Source of the DNA: Scenedesmus sp. PABB004
Taxonomy: Eukaryota
Length of the DNA: 64,000 bases
NCBI GenBank assembly: GCA_014905635.1
Contig: JABVCE010000038.1
Coordinates: forward strand, 62,001-126,000
Reading direction: 5' to 3'
Shown here: positions 1-12,886 of the stretch, one piece after another
Numbering within the stretch: the stretch's first letter is position 1
Layout of the letters: each line of letters opens with the position of its first letter
The notes under the pieces: model-generated
What the model was told of the DNA's origin: nothing
The model's database searches: none
What the model saw: only the letters and a program-made list of their open reading frames with translations
Position numbers and translations under genes: made by a program

Positions 1-6
1 GCGGCG

Positions 7-3000
7 ATGCAGGCGGGCGGCACGCTCCCCGGCGACGGCACGCACGACGCGATGCTCGGCCTCGCCCCCGGCGGCGACGCCGCCGCCGCCGCCGCGGCGG
101 GCAACCCGCCGGGCAGCTTCGCCGGCGGCAGCTTCGCCGCCGGCGGCGGCGGCAGCACGCTCGGCGCGGAGGGCGTCGCCGCCGCGCTCGCCGCGGCGGG
201 CGCCGGCGGCAGCGTCGCGCTCGGCGGCGGCGGCAGCGTCGTGCTGGGCGGCGCCGGCGACAACAGCGCGGGCAACGTCAGCAAGAAGCTCTTCGTCAAG
301 CGCTCCTGCACCGAGGCCATGCTCAAGGCGCGCGCGCGGCGCGCTTACCGCCGGCGGCCGCTTTGGGGCGGGCCAGGGCGGGGCGCGGGGCGGCCCGCCG
401 GGCTCGCACGCGTCGCGCCACACGCACGACCTCCACGCCCACGCCCACCGCACACCGCGCACGCTCGCTCGCCACGTCCACCGCGCGCGCTCGCGCTCAC
501 GCGCGCTTGCTTGCTGCCACGCACGCACGCACGCGCAGGTGCTGCAGCACGAGATCCGCAAGACGCACGCGCGCAACCAGAAGGTGGAGTGGGTGGACGA
601 CCTGGTGCTGATGGAGACGATCGGCAAGGGCGGCTTTGGCGTCGTCTACAAGGGCAGCTGGAAGGGCAGCCTCGCCGCAATCAAGGTGGGCGGGCACGGC
701 CGCGTTTGCAGTGATCGGCGGGGCTGCGCGCGCAGACGCGGCGCCGGGCGCGGGCGCGGGCCAGGGTCTCACGCCGCCGCGCCCGCGGCGGCCGCCGCCG
801 CAGGTGATGTACGCGCGGCAGCACGAGCGCCAGGCGATGAAGGACGCGCTGGAGATGGCGGTGCTCACCACGGTGCGCGACACACCCCGCGCGCCGCGCC
901 GCGTGCCCCACCCCGCGCGCCGCGGGGCCGCGGCCGCCCAACGGCGCCCCGCGCCGCGCTCCCCGGCCTCGTGCCGCGCCTCGACCGCGCCTCGACCGCG
1001 CCTCGCCGTGTGCCGCTGTGTGTGTGTCCCGCCCCGCCCCGCGCCGCCCCACACCGCCCCGCTGCCCCGCGCCGCCGCGCCGCCAGGTGAGCCACCCCAA
1101 CATCATCCAGGTGTACAACTGCTTCACAGACATGGTCGAGGACGCGGGTGCGCCGCAGCAGCGGGGCCCGCGGCCGGCGGGCACGGCCGGGCGGGTCGCC
1201 GCGACGCTCCGAACCAGGGCGCGGCGGCGCCCAGCCGCCCGGCCGCGGCGGCCGCGCGCCCGCCGCGACCCGACCCGACCCGACCCCGCCCGGCGCGGCG
1301 CCGCCCGACCCAGGCACGACGCCCAACGCGAGCCAGCCCGAGGGCCGCATCAACGTGCGCTTCCGCCGCCTCGAGCCGGAGGAGGACCGCAGCCTGGTGC
1401 GCCCGCCCGCCCCGCGCGCCCGCGCCGGGCACGACCCGTCGCCCGGCCGCGCTGCACCCCCCTGCGCCGCCGCGCGGGACGCCCTCGCACACCCTCTCAC
1501 ACACCTCTCACGCACCCTCTCGCACGCGCCCTCTCACACCTCTCAAACCCTGGACCCCAACTGAACCCCGCCGCCCCGCGCCCCGCGCCCCGTGCGCCCC
1601 CAGGCGACGTGCAACATTGTGGTCATGGAGTTTTGCGACAAGGGCAGCCTGCGCCACGCGATGAAGCGCGGCGTCTTCCACAAGCGCCTCGGCTCCACCA
1701 GCGTCGCGGTCGACCTCTGCGCCATCGTGCAGGCGCGGCCGCGCGCGCGGCGGGGGGGGGGGGGGCGGGGGCGGTTGCGCGTGGAGGCTCTGGCCGGTTG
1801 CGCGCGCCCACGAACGGCGGGCGGGTGGCAGGGTTGCAGCGTGGGTTGTGGCGTGCGGCTCACGTGCCATGCCGCACGCGGCCGCCGCGCCCAGGTGCTG
1901 CTGGAGGTCGCGGCGAGCGTGCAGCACCTGCACAACATGCAGCTGCTGCACTGCGACATCAAGCCTGAGAACGTGCTGCTCAAGAGCGACAACTCAAACC
2001 CCCTCGGCTTCACAACCAAGGTCCGCCCCGCCCCCACGCCTCTGCGCCGCGCGTCCGCGCCGCCTGGGCTCACGCGCCTGGGCCGCTCACCCGCGCTGCC
2101 CGCGTGCTGTGCCCCCGCGTGCTGTGCGTGCTGTGCGTGCTGTGCCCGCCGCGCAGCTGAGCGACTTTGGCCTGGCCAAGCTGCTGCGGGACAACTATTA
2201 CATCATCAACCGCAGCGGCAGCGGCACCGGTGCGCCGCACGCCGGGCTCGCGGCCGCGCTCGGACGCGCCCTGCGCGCTCGGCGGCAAGCGTGGGGCCCT
2301 GGGCGCGCCCGCCGCGCTCACACGCCGCCGCCGCCGGGCGGTCGCGCGTGCGTCGTCGTCGCGCGCGCAGTGACGCACCTCGCGCCGGAGCTGTTCCAGG
2401 TTGGCAGCAAGATCACGACCGCGGTGGACACCTTCAGCTTCGGCATCAGTGAGCCCCGCACATGAGCCTCGCGCGCCGTCGGGGGGCTGGGCCGGCCCGC
2501 GCCGCACGGCCTGCCGCGCACGCCGCCGCCCACGCGCCGCGCCTTGTTCCCCCGCCCCTGGCCTGCCTCCCTCCCGCCTGCCCGCAGTGATGTGGGAGCT
2601 CTACACCGGGCAGCGCGCCTACAGCGGCCTCGGGCGCGACGCCATCATCGACCGGTGCGCGCACCCGCCGCCACGGGGGCCCGCGCCGCCCGCGCCGCCC
2701 GCGCCGCCCGCGCCGCCCGCGCTTTGCGCACGGGCCGCGCTGCGCGCGCGGCCGCCGCCGCCGACGCCCGCGCTGCCGCCGCCGACCCCGCCCCGCGCGC
2801 CCGCCGCGTCCACGCCGCAGCGTGTACAAGAAGCAGAGCCGGCCGGTCTTCCCGAGCGGCGTGCCCGCGCTGTACAGCCACCTCGCGCGGAGCTGCTGGG
2901 AGACCGACATCCACCTGCGCCCCGGCTTCGCGACCATCCGCTCCCGCCTGCAGGCGCGCCCGCGCGCCCGCGGCGCGCAGCCACACGGGCCGCGCCCGCG

Positions 3001-3029
3001 CGGCGCCCGCGCGCGCGGCGGCGGCGGCA

Positions 3030-3060
<31 letters not shown>

Positions 3061-3609
3061 GTCCTCGTGCGCGCGCGGGGCCTCACCGGCAGACCCGTCT
3101 TCGCCCGCCGCGCGCCCGCAGGAGATGCTGGTCGCATTTCAGAGCGGCACGTACGCCGGCGCGGGCGCGGCCGCCGAGGCGGTGCGGGAGCGCCTGCAGG
3201 CGGTGGGCGGGCCGCCCAACAACCAGCTGCTGCAGCCGCAGCAGCTGGAGCAGCTGCAGCAGCAGCTCGCGCTGCAGCAGCAGCAGCAGGCGCTGCAGGC
3301 GCAGCAGCAGCAGCGGCAGGGCGGCATGCTCGCGGGCTCGTACGCGATGCCGGACATCGGCGGCCAGCAGCAGCTGCACCTGCAGCAGGCCCAGCTGCGC
3401 GTGCAGGCGCAGCTGCTGCAGCAGCAGCAGCAGCTCCAGCAGCAGGCCGCCGCGGCCGCGGTGGCGCAGCAGGACGGCGGCGCCGAGCCGGACGGCGGCG
3501 CCGAGCCGGACGGCGGCGTCGCGGGCGCGCCGGGCGGCGAGGGCCAGCTGCAGGACATGCAGCAGCACTATGAGCAGATGAGGTGGCTGTATCAGCAGGA
3601 GTACGGCAT

Positions 3610-3648
<39 letters not shown>

Positions 3649-3799
3649 CGATCACGTCGCTGCTCAGCGCCAGCAGCTCGCGGCGGCGGCCGCGGTGGCG
3701 GCGGCGCAGCAGCAGCTGGCCGCGGGCCAGCCGGGCAGCGACGGCGGGGCGCACGCGCCGTTGCCGCAGCAGCCGGCCGCGGTGGGCGGCCCCGCATGA
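7..3799 (+). CDS. Tyrosine-kinase-like (Raf/MAPKKK-like) Ser/Thr kinase, multi-exon, probably 5' partial, with Gln-rich C-terminal tail
   Basis: Spliced exons give IGKGGFGVVYKG..AAIK, HPNIIQVY, VMEFCDKGSL, HCDIKPENVLL, DFGLAK, TVTHLAPE, DTFSFGI and MWELYTG. Stop TGA at 3797-3799. Confidence 0.9.
3611..3646 (+). repeat. (CAG)12 coding microsatellite (polyQ)
   Basis: Direct cagcagcag run in the last kinase exon. Confidence 0.9.
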
Positions 3800-4632
3800 G
3801 AGGGGGGCGGGGGCGGCTGGCGCGCTGCACCGCGCTGCCGCGCGCTGCCGCAAGCGGGGCACCGGCCGCGCCTGCTCCGCTGCGCCTTGAATGGAATCGA
3901 TTCGCGCCGCTGCGCGGCAGCGCGCCTTGCTTAGCGCTCTCCCGCCGCGCGCATGCGCCGGCGGCCGTGGGCCCGCCGGGCCCGCACAACTGCGTTGCCG
4001 CGCGCCGGCCCTTGGCGGGCGCGCCACTTGATCCTTCCGGCTCGTGTCGCTCCGATGCGTCGAACACTTGGACGGCGGGCGGGGGCGCGCCGGGGCGGCG
4101 CGCGCGCGGGTCACAGAGCTCGGTGCAGCTCCATTGCTTTGCTGCCGCGCGCGCGGCGCGCGGCAACAGCACTGAGGCGCGAGCGCCCTCGCATCAAGGC
4201 ACGCACCCCTTGTCGGCGGCGGCGCGCGGCCGCCGTGCGCGGGGGACCGACATCGGTGTTGTTGGTGGCGTGGCGACCGCGTGTCTCGCGTATCCGAGCA
4301 CTGCTCGGCACTATAGATCTGTGCCACGCTTGGCGCCGCGCCCCAGCCGCGGCGGCGTCCATCCCGCCTTGTCGCCCCGCGCAGCTGCGCCCCACCGCCC
4401 GCCGATGCACCAGCCGGCGGCGGCGGGGGCGTCGGCGGCTGCCGCGGGGCGGGAGGCACTGCACCGTGTGCGCGGCCGTTGCCGCACGGCCTGCCGGGGC
4501 CCCTTCCCTGCACTCGCACTCAATTCGCGCGTGCGCTGCGCGCCCCGGCTGCTGCGACGGCCCCTGGCCGTGACGGACACCTTCGGCAATCAGGATCGCG
4601 TTCGGCTCTCTCGTGGAGTTGGCGGGGCGCCT

Positions 4633-4637
4633 TGTAA
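4633..4637 (+). terminator. TGTAA polyadenylation signal, probably of the kinase
   Basis: Chlorophyte UGUAA signal downstream of the kinase stop and upstream of the next ATG. Confidence 0.5.
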
Positions 4638-4796
4638 TTGCGGCCGGCCGCCCCGCTCGCGCGCTCGAGCGGTTTGGCGGCCGCTGTTCTGCGCGCTCGC
4701 GCGGCGCGTTCTCGCCGCGCACCGCCTCCGCCCGCCACAGCTCGGCGGTATCGGTACACTAGGCGGGCGACACTGTGGCGGCACGTAGCAGCAACG

Positions 4797-6215
4797 ATGA
4801 GCGGCAGCGCCGACGCGCCAGGTGCGGGGCTGCCGCGCCGCCGCGCGCCGCCTCTGCGCCGCGCGGCCACGCCCACGGCACCGCGTGGTTTCGGGACGCG
4901 CGGAAGCCCGCGCGGACGCGCCCGCGCCGCGATCGCAGGCGGCGACCGCGCCGGCCGGCCGGGGGCGCGGGGCGGCGCCGCCGCGCGCAGCCAGGCCTCG
5001 CCAGTGTGCCAGGTGCGAGCGATGCGACGGCGCTGGGTGGTCGAGGTCGCGGCGGGGCGCGGCGAGGACGCGTGGCGGCCCCACCGCGCGCCGCCGCTGC
5101 GCAGGTCGACGGGTGCGGCATCTCCCTCGCCAGCGCCACGCGCTACTGCGCCCGCTACCGCGTCTGCACGGCGCACCTCGCCGCGCCCAGCGTCAGCGTG
5201 GGCGGCGTGGCGGGCCTCCGCCACTGCCAGCAGGCGCGCGCCGCGCGCTCGCCGCGGCGCGCTCGCCGCGGCGCGCGCGCCGCCGTGCACGCGCGGCGCA
5301 CGCGGGCCGGGCCGCTCGCCGCGCAGGCCGCTCGTCGCGCAGGCCGCTCACCGCGCCGCTCACCGTGCCGCGCAGTGCGGCAAGTTTGAGCCGCTGGCCC
5401 TGTTCGACGGCGCCAAAAAGTCCTGCCGCTCGCGCCTCGCCGCGCACAACGCGGGCCGCAGGCTCCGCCGCCAACTGGCGAGCACGGCCCGCGCCGACGC
5501 TCCGCTGCGCGCAGCGCGCCCGAGCGCCGACGGCCGCGGCAGCAGCGAGGGCGACGGCAGCCACGCGAGCCCGCCCGGCCACCACGGCAGCGGCAGCAGC
5601 TGCAGCAGCAGCACCAGCTGGAGCGCCGAGGGGCTGCCGCCGCGCGCCGCTGGCTCGGGCACGCGCGGGCACGCGACGGCGGCGTGCAGCGGCGCTGCGC
5701 AGACGGAGCGCGACGGCTGGGACGCGGGGGCGCCCGCCGTCGCCCGCGGCCAGCAGACGGGCCGCGACGCCCCCGGCGGCGCCAGCCCCGCGCCTGGCCT
5801 GCCGGCGGGCGGCGGAGGCTGCGCAGCGGCTGCTGGCGCGCCCAAGGCGGCCGCCAGCTTCGACCGGGCCGCGCCTGGCAGCCCAGGCACCGCCAGCCAG
5901 GCGTCGGCTGGCCATGCCGGCGACGTCGCAGCGGCGCCGATGGGGACCAGCTCGCGTGCCGGCGCGGCCGGCCCAGGCGAGCAGCACGCGCTGCCCGGCG
6001 GCCGCCCCGGTGTCGCGGCCGCGCCCGCGGGGCTTGCGCTGCACGGCTCGCTCGACGGCGGCAGCCTGCTGGAGCTGATGATGCACGGCGCGCCCGCCCC
6101 GGGCGGCGGCGGCTGCCTGGACGCCGGCGTCCTCGGCCTGGACGCCTGGTGCCGCGCGCTGCACGGCGGCGACCGCGACGCGCTGGTGCGCGAGCTGCTG
6201 CGCGACATGGCGTGA
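4797..6215 (+). CDS. SBP-domain (SQUAMOSA promoter-binding) transcription factor
   Basis: Spliced CQ|VDGC...YCARYRVCTAH...RHCQQ|CGKFEPLALFDGAKKSCRSRLAAHNAGRR. The ATG at 4797 is tentative. Confidence 0.88.
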   Translation: MSGSADAPGAGLPRRRAPPLRRAATPTAPRGFGTRGSPRGRARAAIAGGDRAGRPGARGGAAARSQASPVCQVRAMRRRWVVEVAAGRGEDAWRPHRAPPLRRSTGAASPSPAPRATAPATASARRTSPRPASAWAAWRASATASRRAPRARRGALAAARAPPCTRGARGPGRSPRRPLVAQAAHRAAHRAAQCGKFEPLALFDGAKKSCRSRLAAHNAGRRLRRQLASTARADAPLRAARPSADGRGSSEGDGSHASPPGHHGSGSSCSSSTSWSAEGLPPRAAGSGTRGHATAACSGAAQTERDGWDAGAPAVARGQQTGRDAPGGASPAPGLPAGGGGCAAAAGAPKAAASFDRAAPGSPGTASQASAGHAGDVAAAPMGTSSRAGAAGPGEQHALPGGRPGVAAAPAGLALHGSLDGGSLLELMMHGAPAPGGGGCLDAGVLGLDAWCRALHGGDRDALVRELLRDMA

Positions 6216-7404
6216 CGTGAGCGCGCCGCGCGCGCGCCGCCCGCGGCGGCGAGTGTGGAGGGCATGGAGGGCGGAGAGCAGCTGCCCTGAGCAGCCCGGT
6301 CGGCATGCGGGAGCACTAGCCGTGGGGGAGGCGCGCGGCGCGGCGCGCGGCTGCACCCTACGGCGCGGCCGCGCCCGCCGCCGCCGCCGCCGCCGCGCTG
6401 CCGTCGGCGCGGTTTGCATCACATCTGTACAAGGTCTCGCAGCGCGCCGCAGAGGCCGCACAGGGCGTGGGGGTGGCGGCGAACGCTGGCCGTGTCGCGC
6501 CGCGCCGGGGCGGGTGAGAATGCGCCCCGCGCGGCCGCGCGGCAGAGGCTTTTGGGGGGGGTGAGTGCTTCTTTCGCTAGTCGGGACGGGGTGGGCCGAG
6601 TCGTGCGCTTGCGCGTGCGTGCGTGTGCTGAGCGGGAGCGGCACTTGCAGGGGCATCGCGTTGTGGCGTGCAAAGCCCTCGGCAGCACTCGCACGCGCGC
6701 CGTTGACGGGGAATGCTGGGCACTTGCAGGCGAGTACTAACCTAGGGCAGGCGTTGCTGTTGACCCTAGGTCAGGCGCGAGTGCGCACGTGTCGAGGGCT
6801 CGGGCGGGCGGGCGGAGGCGTGCCGGCGCGGGGGCGTCGCGCGGGGGGTCGGGCCGGGTCCGGAGTTGGCGGCGGCGCAGGCGGGCACACGAGTTGGCGG
6901 CAGTTGCACACACGCAGGCGGCGGCGTTTTTTCATTGCGCAAGCGCGCGCGGGGCCTGAGCCGCAGCGTCGCGGTGCACTTGGCTAGTCTAGTCCTGGGC
7001 CTCCCGCGAGCGCCTCCAGAATAAAATAAAAAGGCATAGAAAGAAGAATAAGCAGATTTTGGTCGATGGCGGAAGAGTGCGGCGCGCGTTGAGTTGCGGC
7101 GGCGGCGTGAGGTTGCAGTTGGCACGCCGCCGCGGTTCGGCAACGTCACTGACGCAAGAGCTCCCGGCGGCGCGCGCCACGAGCACTCGCGCCGGCAGGG
7201 TCCCGCCGGCCACAGAGCGAGCGCAGCCGCAGCCGCACACCACCCGAGCATCCGCGCCGCCATCGCCGCCCAGCAACCGCCGCCGCTGCTCCGCGCCGCT
7301 GCTGCTCCCTCGCCGCCGCGCCGCACGCCCTCGCCCCGCCCGCCCGCCTCCTCGCGGTAGCCGCCACCCAGCGCGGCGGGCGGCCGGCTCCGCGGCGCGG
7401 CGGG

Positions 7405-7695
7405 ATGGATTTCGAGGGCCAGAAGGCGGCGGAGGCGTGGCTGATGCGGCTGCTCGTCGCGTTTGCTGCGGCCGCCTTCCTGGCGGGCTACGCGCTGGGC
7501 AGCTTCGCGCTGATGGTCTGGATCAACGCTGCGGGCCTGGCGCTGACGCTGCTGCTGGTGGTGCCGGACTGGCCCTGCTTTCGGCGCCACCCGCTCAACT
7601 GGCTGCCGCCGCTGCAGCCCGGCGGCGCCGGCCCCGCCTCCACAGGCGGCGCGCCGGCGGTCACGCCCGCCAAGACGCCCAAGCAGCGCCGGTAG
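7405..7695 (+). CDS. SPCS1: Signal peptidase complex subunit 1 (SPC12), single exon
   Basis: MDFEGQK start, two hydrophobic helices, VVPDWPCFRRHPLNWLPP motif. Confidence 0.92.
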   Translation: MDFEGQKAAEAWLMRLLVAFAAAAFLAGYALGSFALMVWINAAGLALTLLLVVPDWPCFRRHPLNWLPPLQPGGAGPASTGGAPAVTPAKTPKQRR

Positions 7696-8327
7696 CCGCC
7701 GCGCCGCGCGACGGGCCTCGGCGTCGACTGCGCGAGCGCGCCGAGCGGTCGCGCGCTGCCACCCGCGCGCCCGGCGGCGGCGGCCGGACCGGCCGCCAAC
7801 GCGCCGCCAATGCGCACAGCAGCTGCTGGGAGCGCTGTGACCAACGCCGGGCGGCGTGACTGCAGGCACTTCGGGGGGGCTCGGGCCGGACGCGCGTGCG
7901 CGCGACGCGGCGCGCACGCGGCGCGCGGTGCGGTTGCGGGCGTCAGACCTCAGCGTCGGGTGGGGCGCACGCCGGTAACTAGCACCTGGCGGCACCGGCG
8001 GCAGCGGCGGCAGCGGCGGCAGCGGCGGCAGCGGCTGGCGGCAGCGGCGGCACCTCGCGCGCGCCGGCGGCGTGCGAGCAGGGCTCAAGGCCGCCGGCGC
8101 CGCCGGACGAGCGCGGCCCCGCCACCCCACGATCGACAGCATCGTCCCGGGAACCTCCAGCCCACCTGGCGCGCAGCCTGCCGAGCAGTTCAGCAGCTCC
8201 ACCCGCCAGCCGCGCGCACTTGCCCGCTTGCATCTCTCGATCGCGCTGATTCGACGGTTGCACACTCACTGATCGCCCTCGCGAAGCGCCGCCCCCGCAT
8301 GCGCCCGCGCGGCGCCTAGCGGCCGCG

Positions 8328-11300
8328 ATGCCGGCGCCCGCCGGGGCGCCCAGCGCGCCCGCGGCCCCCGGCCCGGCGGAGAAGGCGGCCAACGGCCATG
8401 CCGGCGCCGACAGCGCGCCCAAGGCGCGGGGCGCGGCGCCGCTGCTGCTGGCGCGCGCCGGCAGCGGCAGCGGCGGCAGCGCCGGCAGCGGCGCCGCCGC
8501 CGGCCCGGCCAGCGGCGCGGGCGGCAGCGGCGCCGGCCGGGGGCCGACGCTGGTGCGCCCGGGCAGCGGCGGCAAGCTCGCGGCCGGCGGCGGCGGGCGC
8601 GCAATGCCGTCGCTGCCGGCGCGCGCGGGCGGCGGCGCGGGCGGCGTGATCGACCCGGAGGAGCCCGAGGCCACGCAGCGCCTGCGAGCGCGCGTGCACG
8701 ACATCCGCGTCGCGCTCGTGCGCGCGGCGCGGCGGCTGGGGTACGACCACGACAGCGGGCTGGTCAAGCAGGTGCGGGCGCAGGCGGCGCGGGCGCAGGC
8801 GGCGCGTAGCTTGGCCGCCGCGGCGGCGGCGCCGCGCTCGCGCGCTGCGCAGCACAGCACGCGATGCGTGACCGCCCGCCGCCACCGGGGCCGCCAGGTG
8901 CTGTACCGCCTGTACCTCGCCGAGAAGCTGAAGGAGCCGTTCCGCAAGGGCGCGCGCCGCCCCGACGCGGCGCTGCTGGCGGCGCGCGACGCGGCGCGGC
9001 TCGAGGCGGAGCAGGTGTGACCCCGCGGGCGCCCGCGGCCCGACCCGGCCGCGGCCACGCCCCGCCCGCCGCCCGCCGCCCGCCGCCGCGCCGCCCGCTG
9101 CCGACGCCGCGCCGCGCCGCGCTGCAGGGCCCCGACTCGCCGCTGTCGCTTGACGTGACGATCCTGACCATCGGCCTGCGCGGCACGGGCAAGACGCAGC
9201 TCATCCGCAGCCTGCTCGCCATGGGCGGCCCCGACGGCGCCGCCGCGGCCGCGCCCGACGGCGGCGGCCCCGACGCGTTTGACGGCGGCACGCGGCGCGT
9301 CGAGGTGTCGCGCGGCACCGTGCACGGCATCCGCCTCACCCTCGTCGACACGCCGGGCCTCACCGCGAGCGCGGCGGGCACGGCGGCCAACGCGGGCGTG
9401 CTGCGCGCGATCAAGCGCGCGTACAAGGCGCACCAGCCAGACCTCGTGCTCTACGTCGACAGGTGGGCGCCCCTGCGCTGCCCTGCCCTGCCCTGCCCAC
9501 GGGGCGGCTTGGCCGCGCTCGGCCGCGCCCGGGCGGCACGCGCCGCCGCGCCGCGCCCTCACGCGCCGCCGCCGCCGTCGGCGCCGCACGCGCGCGTGCG
9601 CGCGCAGGTTTGACCAGCCCTCGCGCGCGGGCGGCGAGCTCTCGGTGCTGCAGGCCGTGACCGCCGCGGTCGGGCCGGCGGTGTGGCTCAACACCATCGT
9701 CGCGCTCACGCACGCGGGCGCGGCGCCGCCGAGCAGCGGGCAGGGGCACCTCAGCTGGGACGGCTACAGCGCGCAGCGCAGCCAGCTGCTGCAGCTCATC
9801 ATCCGCTCCGCGAGCGGCGACGCGCGGCTTATGAACCCGATCGCCTTTGCAGAGAGCCACCCGGGCTGCCGGCGCAACGCGCAGGCGCGTGCCGCCTGGC
9901 GGGCTCCCCGCCGCCTCGCGCCGCGCCGCGCCGCCCCGCCGCGGCGCGGCCCACGCGCCGCGCCATTGCCGCCGCCGCCGCGCAGGGGCAGGCGATCATT
10001 CCCAGCGGCATGGCGTGGCAGCAGCACCTGCTGGTGCTGATCGTCTCCGCCAAGCTGCTCGCGGACGCCGAGGCGGCGCTGCAGATGACGCCGGACGCGG
10101 GCGGCGGCGGTGCGCGGCGCCGGCCGGTGCCGGGGGGGGGGGGGTGACCGGAGCGCCGGCGGCGGGCGGCTGCCGCAGCGGCGGCCGCGGCCGCCGCTCG
10201 CTCACTGCTCGCTCACCGACCGCGCCGCGCCGCGCCGCGCCGCGGCAGGCGGCAAGCTCGGAAGCGGCGCGGGCGCGGGGCTGGACCCGGCGAGCATCCG
10301 GCAGCTCATGGGCCGCGCGGAGGGGCCGCCGGTGCGGTACCTGATGACGCAGCTCACGGGGCTCAGCCAGCCGCTGACCTTCCCCGACCACGGCGCCATC
10401 CTGGAGCTGCGCAGCGCGCAGCAGCAGTGAGCGCCGCCGCGCGCGCCGCCCCGGTGCCGCCGCGCGGGCGCGCTGGCTGGCGCGGGGCGCTCGGCGCCGT
10501 TGGCCGTTCGTCGCCGCGCCCGTGCAGGCGCCGACGCGCAGCCGCCGCCGCCGCGCCCGTGCCAGGCTGCGCAAGCTGCGCCACTGGCGTGACCGCAAGG
10601 AGCTGAGCCGGCAGATACGCTTCAGGCTGCTGCAGATGCGCCAGGTGCGAACGCGTGCACGACGGCGGCCGCGCCGCGCCGCTTGCATTGGACCCAGGTG
10701 CTGCTTGCTGGCAGCGGCGCCGCGCGCGCCGACGCGGGGCCCGCCGCGCCGCCGCCGCAGGTCGCGCGGCGCCAGCAGCGCACGAGCGACCTGCTCTGCC
10801 GCGCGACGCGCGCGGGCGGCAAGCTGCAGCTCGCGCAGCCGCGCACCGCGACGCGCTGCCGGCCGAGCGTGCAGCCGCCGGTCGGGCACCGCTACCGGGC
10901 GCTCGAGCCGGGCGCGGGCTGGATCGTGCGGCCCCACATCGAGCCCCACGGTGCGTGTGTGCGCGCACTCGCGCGCGCGCTTGCGGCCGCCGCACTGCCC
11001 CGGTTCCCTGCCGTGTCCCCGCCGCGCTCACTCCCTGCTCACGCCCGTGCCCCGGGCCCCGCGGCCCCGCCAGGCATGGACAACGCTGACAACGTGGAGG
11101 GATTCATGGCAGAGAAGTCGGGCGTGCTGCGCACGGCCAGCCCCGACGGCCCCGGGCCCAGCGCCGGCGGCGGCAGCGGCGGCGGCGGCCGCGGCGGCGG
11201 GCGCGGCGCGCCGCTGTGCGCGAGTGGCAGCGACGCGCTGCTCGGTGGCGCGCCGTACCGGCTCACCAGCAGCGCGAGCGCGAGCAAGGAGCAGCTGCTG

Positions 11301-12467
11301 GTGCAGGTGCGGCGCGGCCACGCGCGGACCGCCCCGCCGCCGCCGCCGCTGCCTGCTGCGGCGCGTGCCGACCGCCCGCCCTGCCATGCCCTGCCCCTCC
11401 TCCCCTTCGCCCGCTGCTCCCTTGTGCCCCCGCCAGGCGCGCGGCGAGCTGTCGGTGTACCACGACCTGCCTGGCCTCGCCACCACGACGCTCTCGGCCG
11501 ACCTGCAGACCTCGGGCGCGGCCGCGGGTGCGCGGCGGCCCGCGCGCGCGCGCGGCGGCGCTCGCCGCGCGCACCCCCCCCCCCCCCCGCGCGGCCGCCG
11601 CTTCCCGGGCCGCGCCGGCCCTGCCGAGCGACGCGCGACCCGCCGCCCGCCCGCCTGCCCGCCCGCCCGCCCTGCCCGCCCAGGCGGCGCGCCCGACATG
11701 CTGATCGTGCTGCGCGCCGACGCGCAGCGCCGCGGCTTCCCGTTTGCGGCGAACAACCCGGCCGTGGGGCTGCTGGTCTCGCGCCTCGCGCAGGAGGGGC
11801 GCCCGCACCGCGGCCCGCTCGCGACGGGCGTGCGGCTGCAGGACTGCCTGCGGCTCACGGCGCCGGGCGGCGCGCCGCTGGAGCTCGACGTGGCGCTCGG
11901 CCGGGTGCGCGCGGCGGGGGCAGGGAGGCACGGCGGGGCGCGGGCGCGGGCGCGGCGCCGCGCGCGGAGTCGCCGCCGGCGCTCACCGCCGCCCGGCGCC
12001 CGCGGGCGCGCTGCCGGCGCGCGCAGATGTTTTGCCGGCCGGGCGTGGAGCCGGACGACGCCTGGGGCGTCAACGCAGAGATGCGCACTGACGCGGCGCA
12101 GCTGCTCGGCGGCGGGCGCTACGGCGCGCCGCTGAGCCTGTCGGGCAGCGTGATGAGCCACCGCGGCGAGGCGATGGGCGCGGTGTCGGCGGCGATGCAG
12201 GTGCAGCGCGGCCGGCGCAGCGGCGTGGGCGGCAAGCTGCAGGTCAACAGCCGCGGCATCGCGACGCTGTCGATGCAGCTGCGCGCCGACGGGCCGCAGT
12301 GGTGGGGCCTGGCCGGGCTCATCCCGCTGGCCAACCTGGGCTGGGAGCTGCTTGCGGGCGCGCTGCCGGGGCGGCGCGGCGCCGGGGACGACGGTGACGA
12401 CGCCGGCGGCGGCGCCGTCGAGGGCGGCGGCGAGCGCGAGCAGGCTCAGCAGGCGCGGCCGGCGTGA
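8328..12467 (+). CDS. Chloroplast outer-envelope translocon GTPase of the Toc159/Toc90/Toc120 family
   Basis: AIG1-type G domain (GLRGTGKT, LVDTPGL, LYVDRFD, LTHA, AESHPGCRRN). M-domain motifs HRYR..WIVRPHIEPHG and VNSRGIATLSMQLR...LAGLIPL. Confidence 0.88.
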
Positions 12468-12539
12468 GCAGCGGCGCGGCCTGCTGTGGCGTTCTTCTTA
12501 TTTTGTAGCGAGGCGAGCCGGGGCGCTGTCGTTGTCGTG

Positions 12540-12544
12540 TGTAA
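12540..12544 (+). terminator. TGTAA poly(A) signal of the Toc gene
   Basis: Lies 73 nt after the stop codon. Confidence 0.65.
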
Positions 12545-12886
12545 CGCTGCCGCAAGTCAGGTCAGCCGCGCCCTCGGGCCGTCACACGGCCGTCACAGAA
12601 TGCCCCCACGGGGCGCCTGTGCACGCGCTGGCGCACACACACACACTTGACAGACCACCGCTCGCCCGCGCGCCGGCCGCACTGTCGGCCGGCCGCTCGG
12701 CGGCGGGGCATGCGCGCGCTGCGGCCGCGCGGCGGCAGCGCCCGCCGGCCCCCGCCCCGCCCCGCCGTCCCCGCCCCGCTCTCCTGCTGCGCTCCTGCGG
12801 CGGCGGCCGCCCGCCGCGCCCCTCCCCCGCGCTGCAACGCCCCGCCCGCGCTGCGCCCGCGCTGCGCCGCGCCGCGCCCGCGCTGC

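Noticed and set aside
7405..8328. SPCS1-Toc bicistron
   Set aside because: The spacer is 630 bp, contains an ATG and has a GGTAA poly(A)-like variant near 7974, so support is insufficient.
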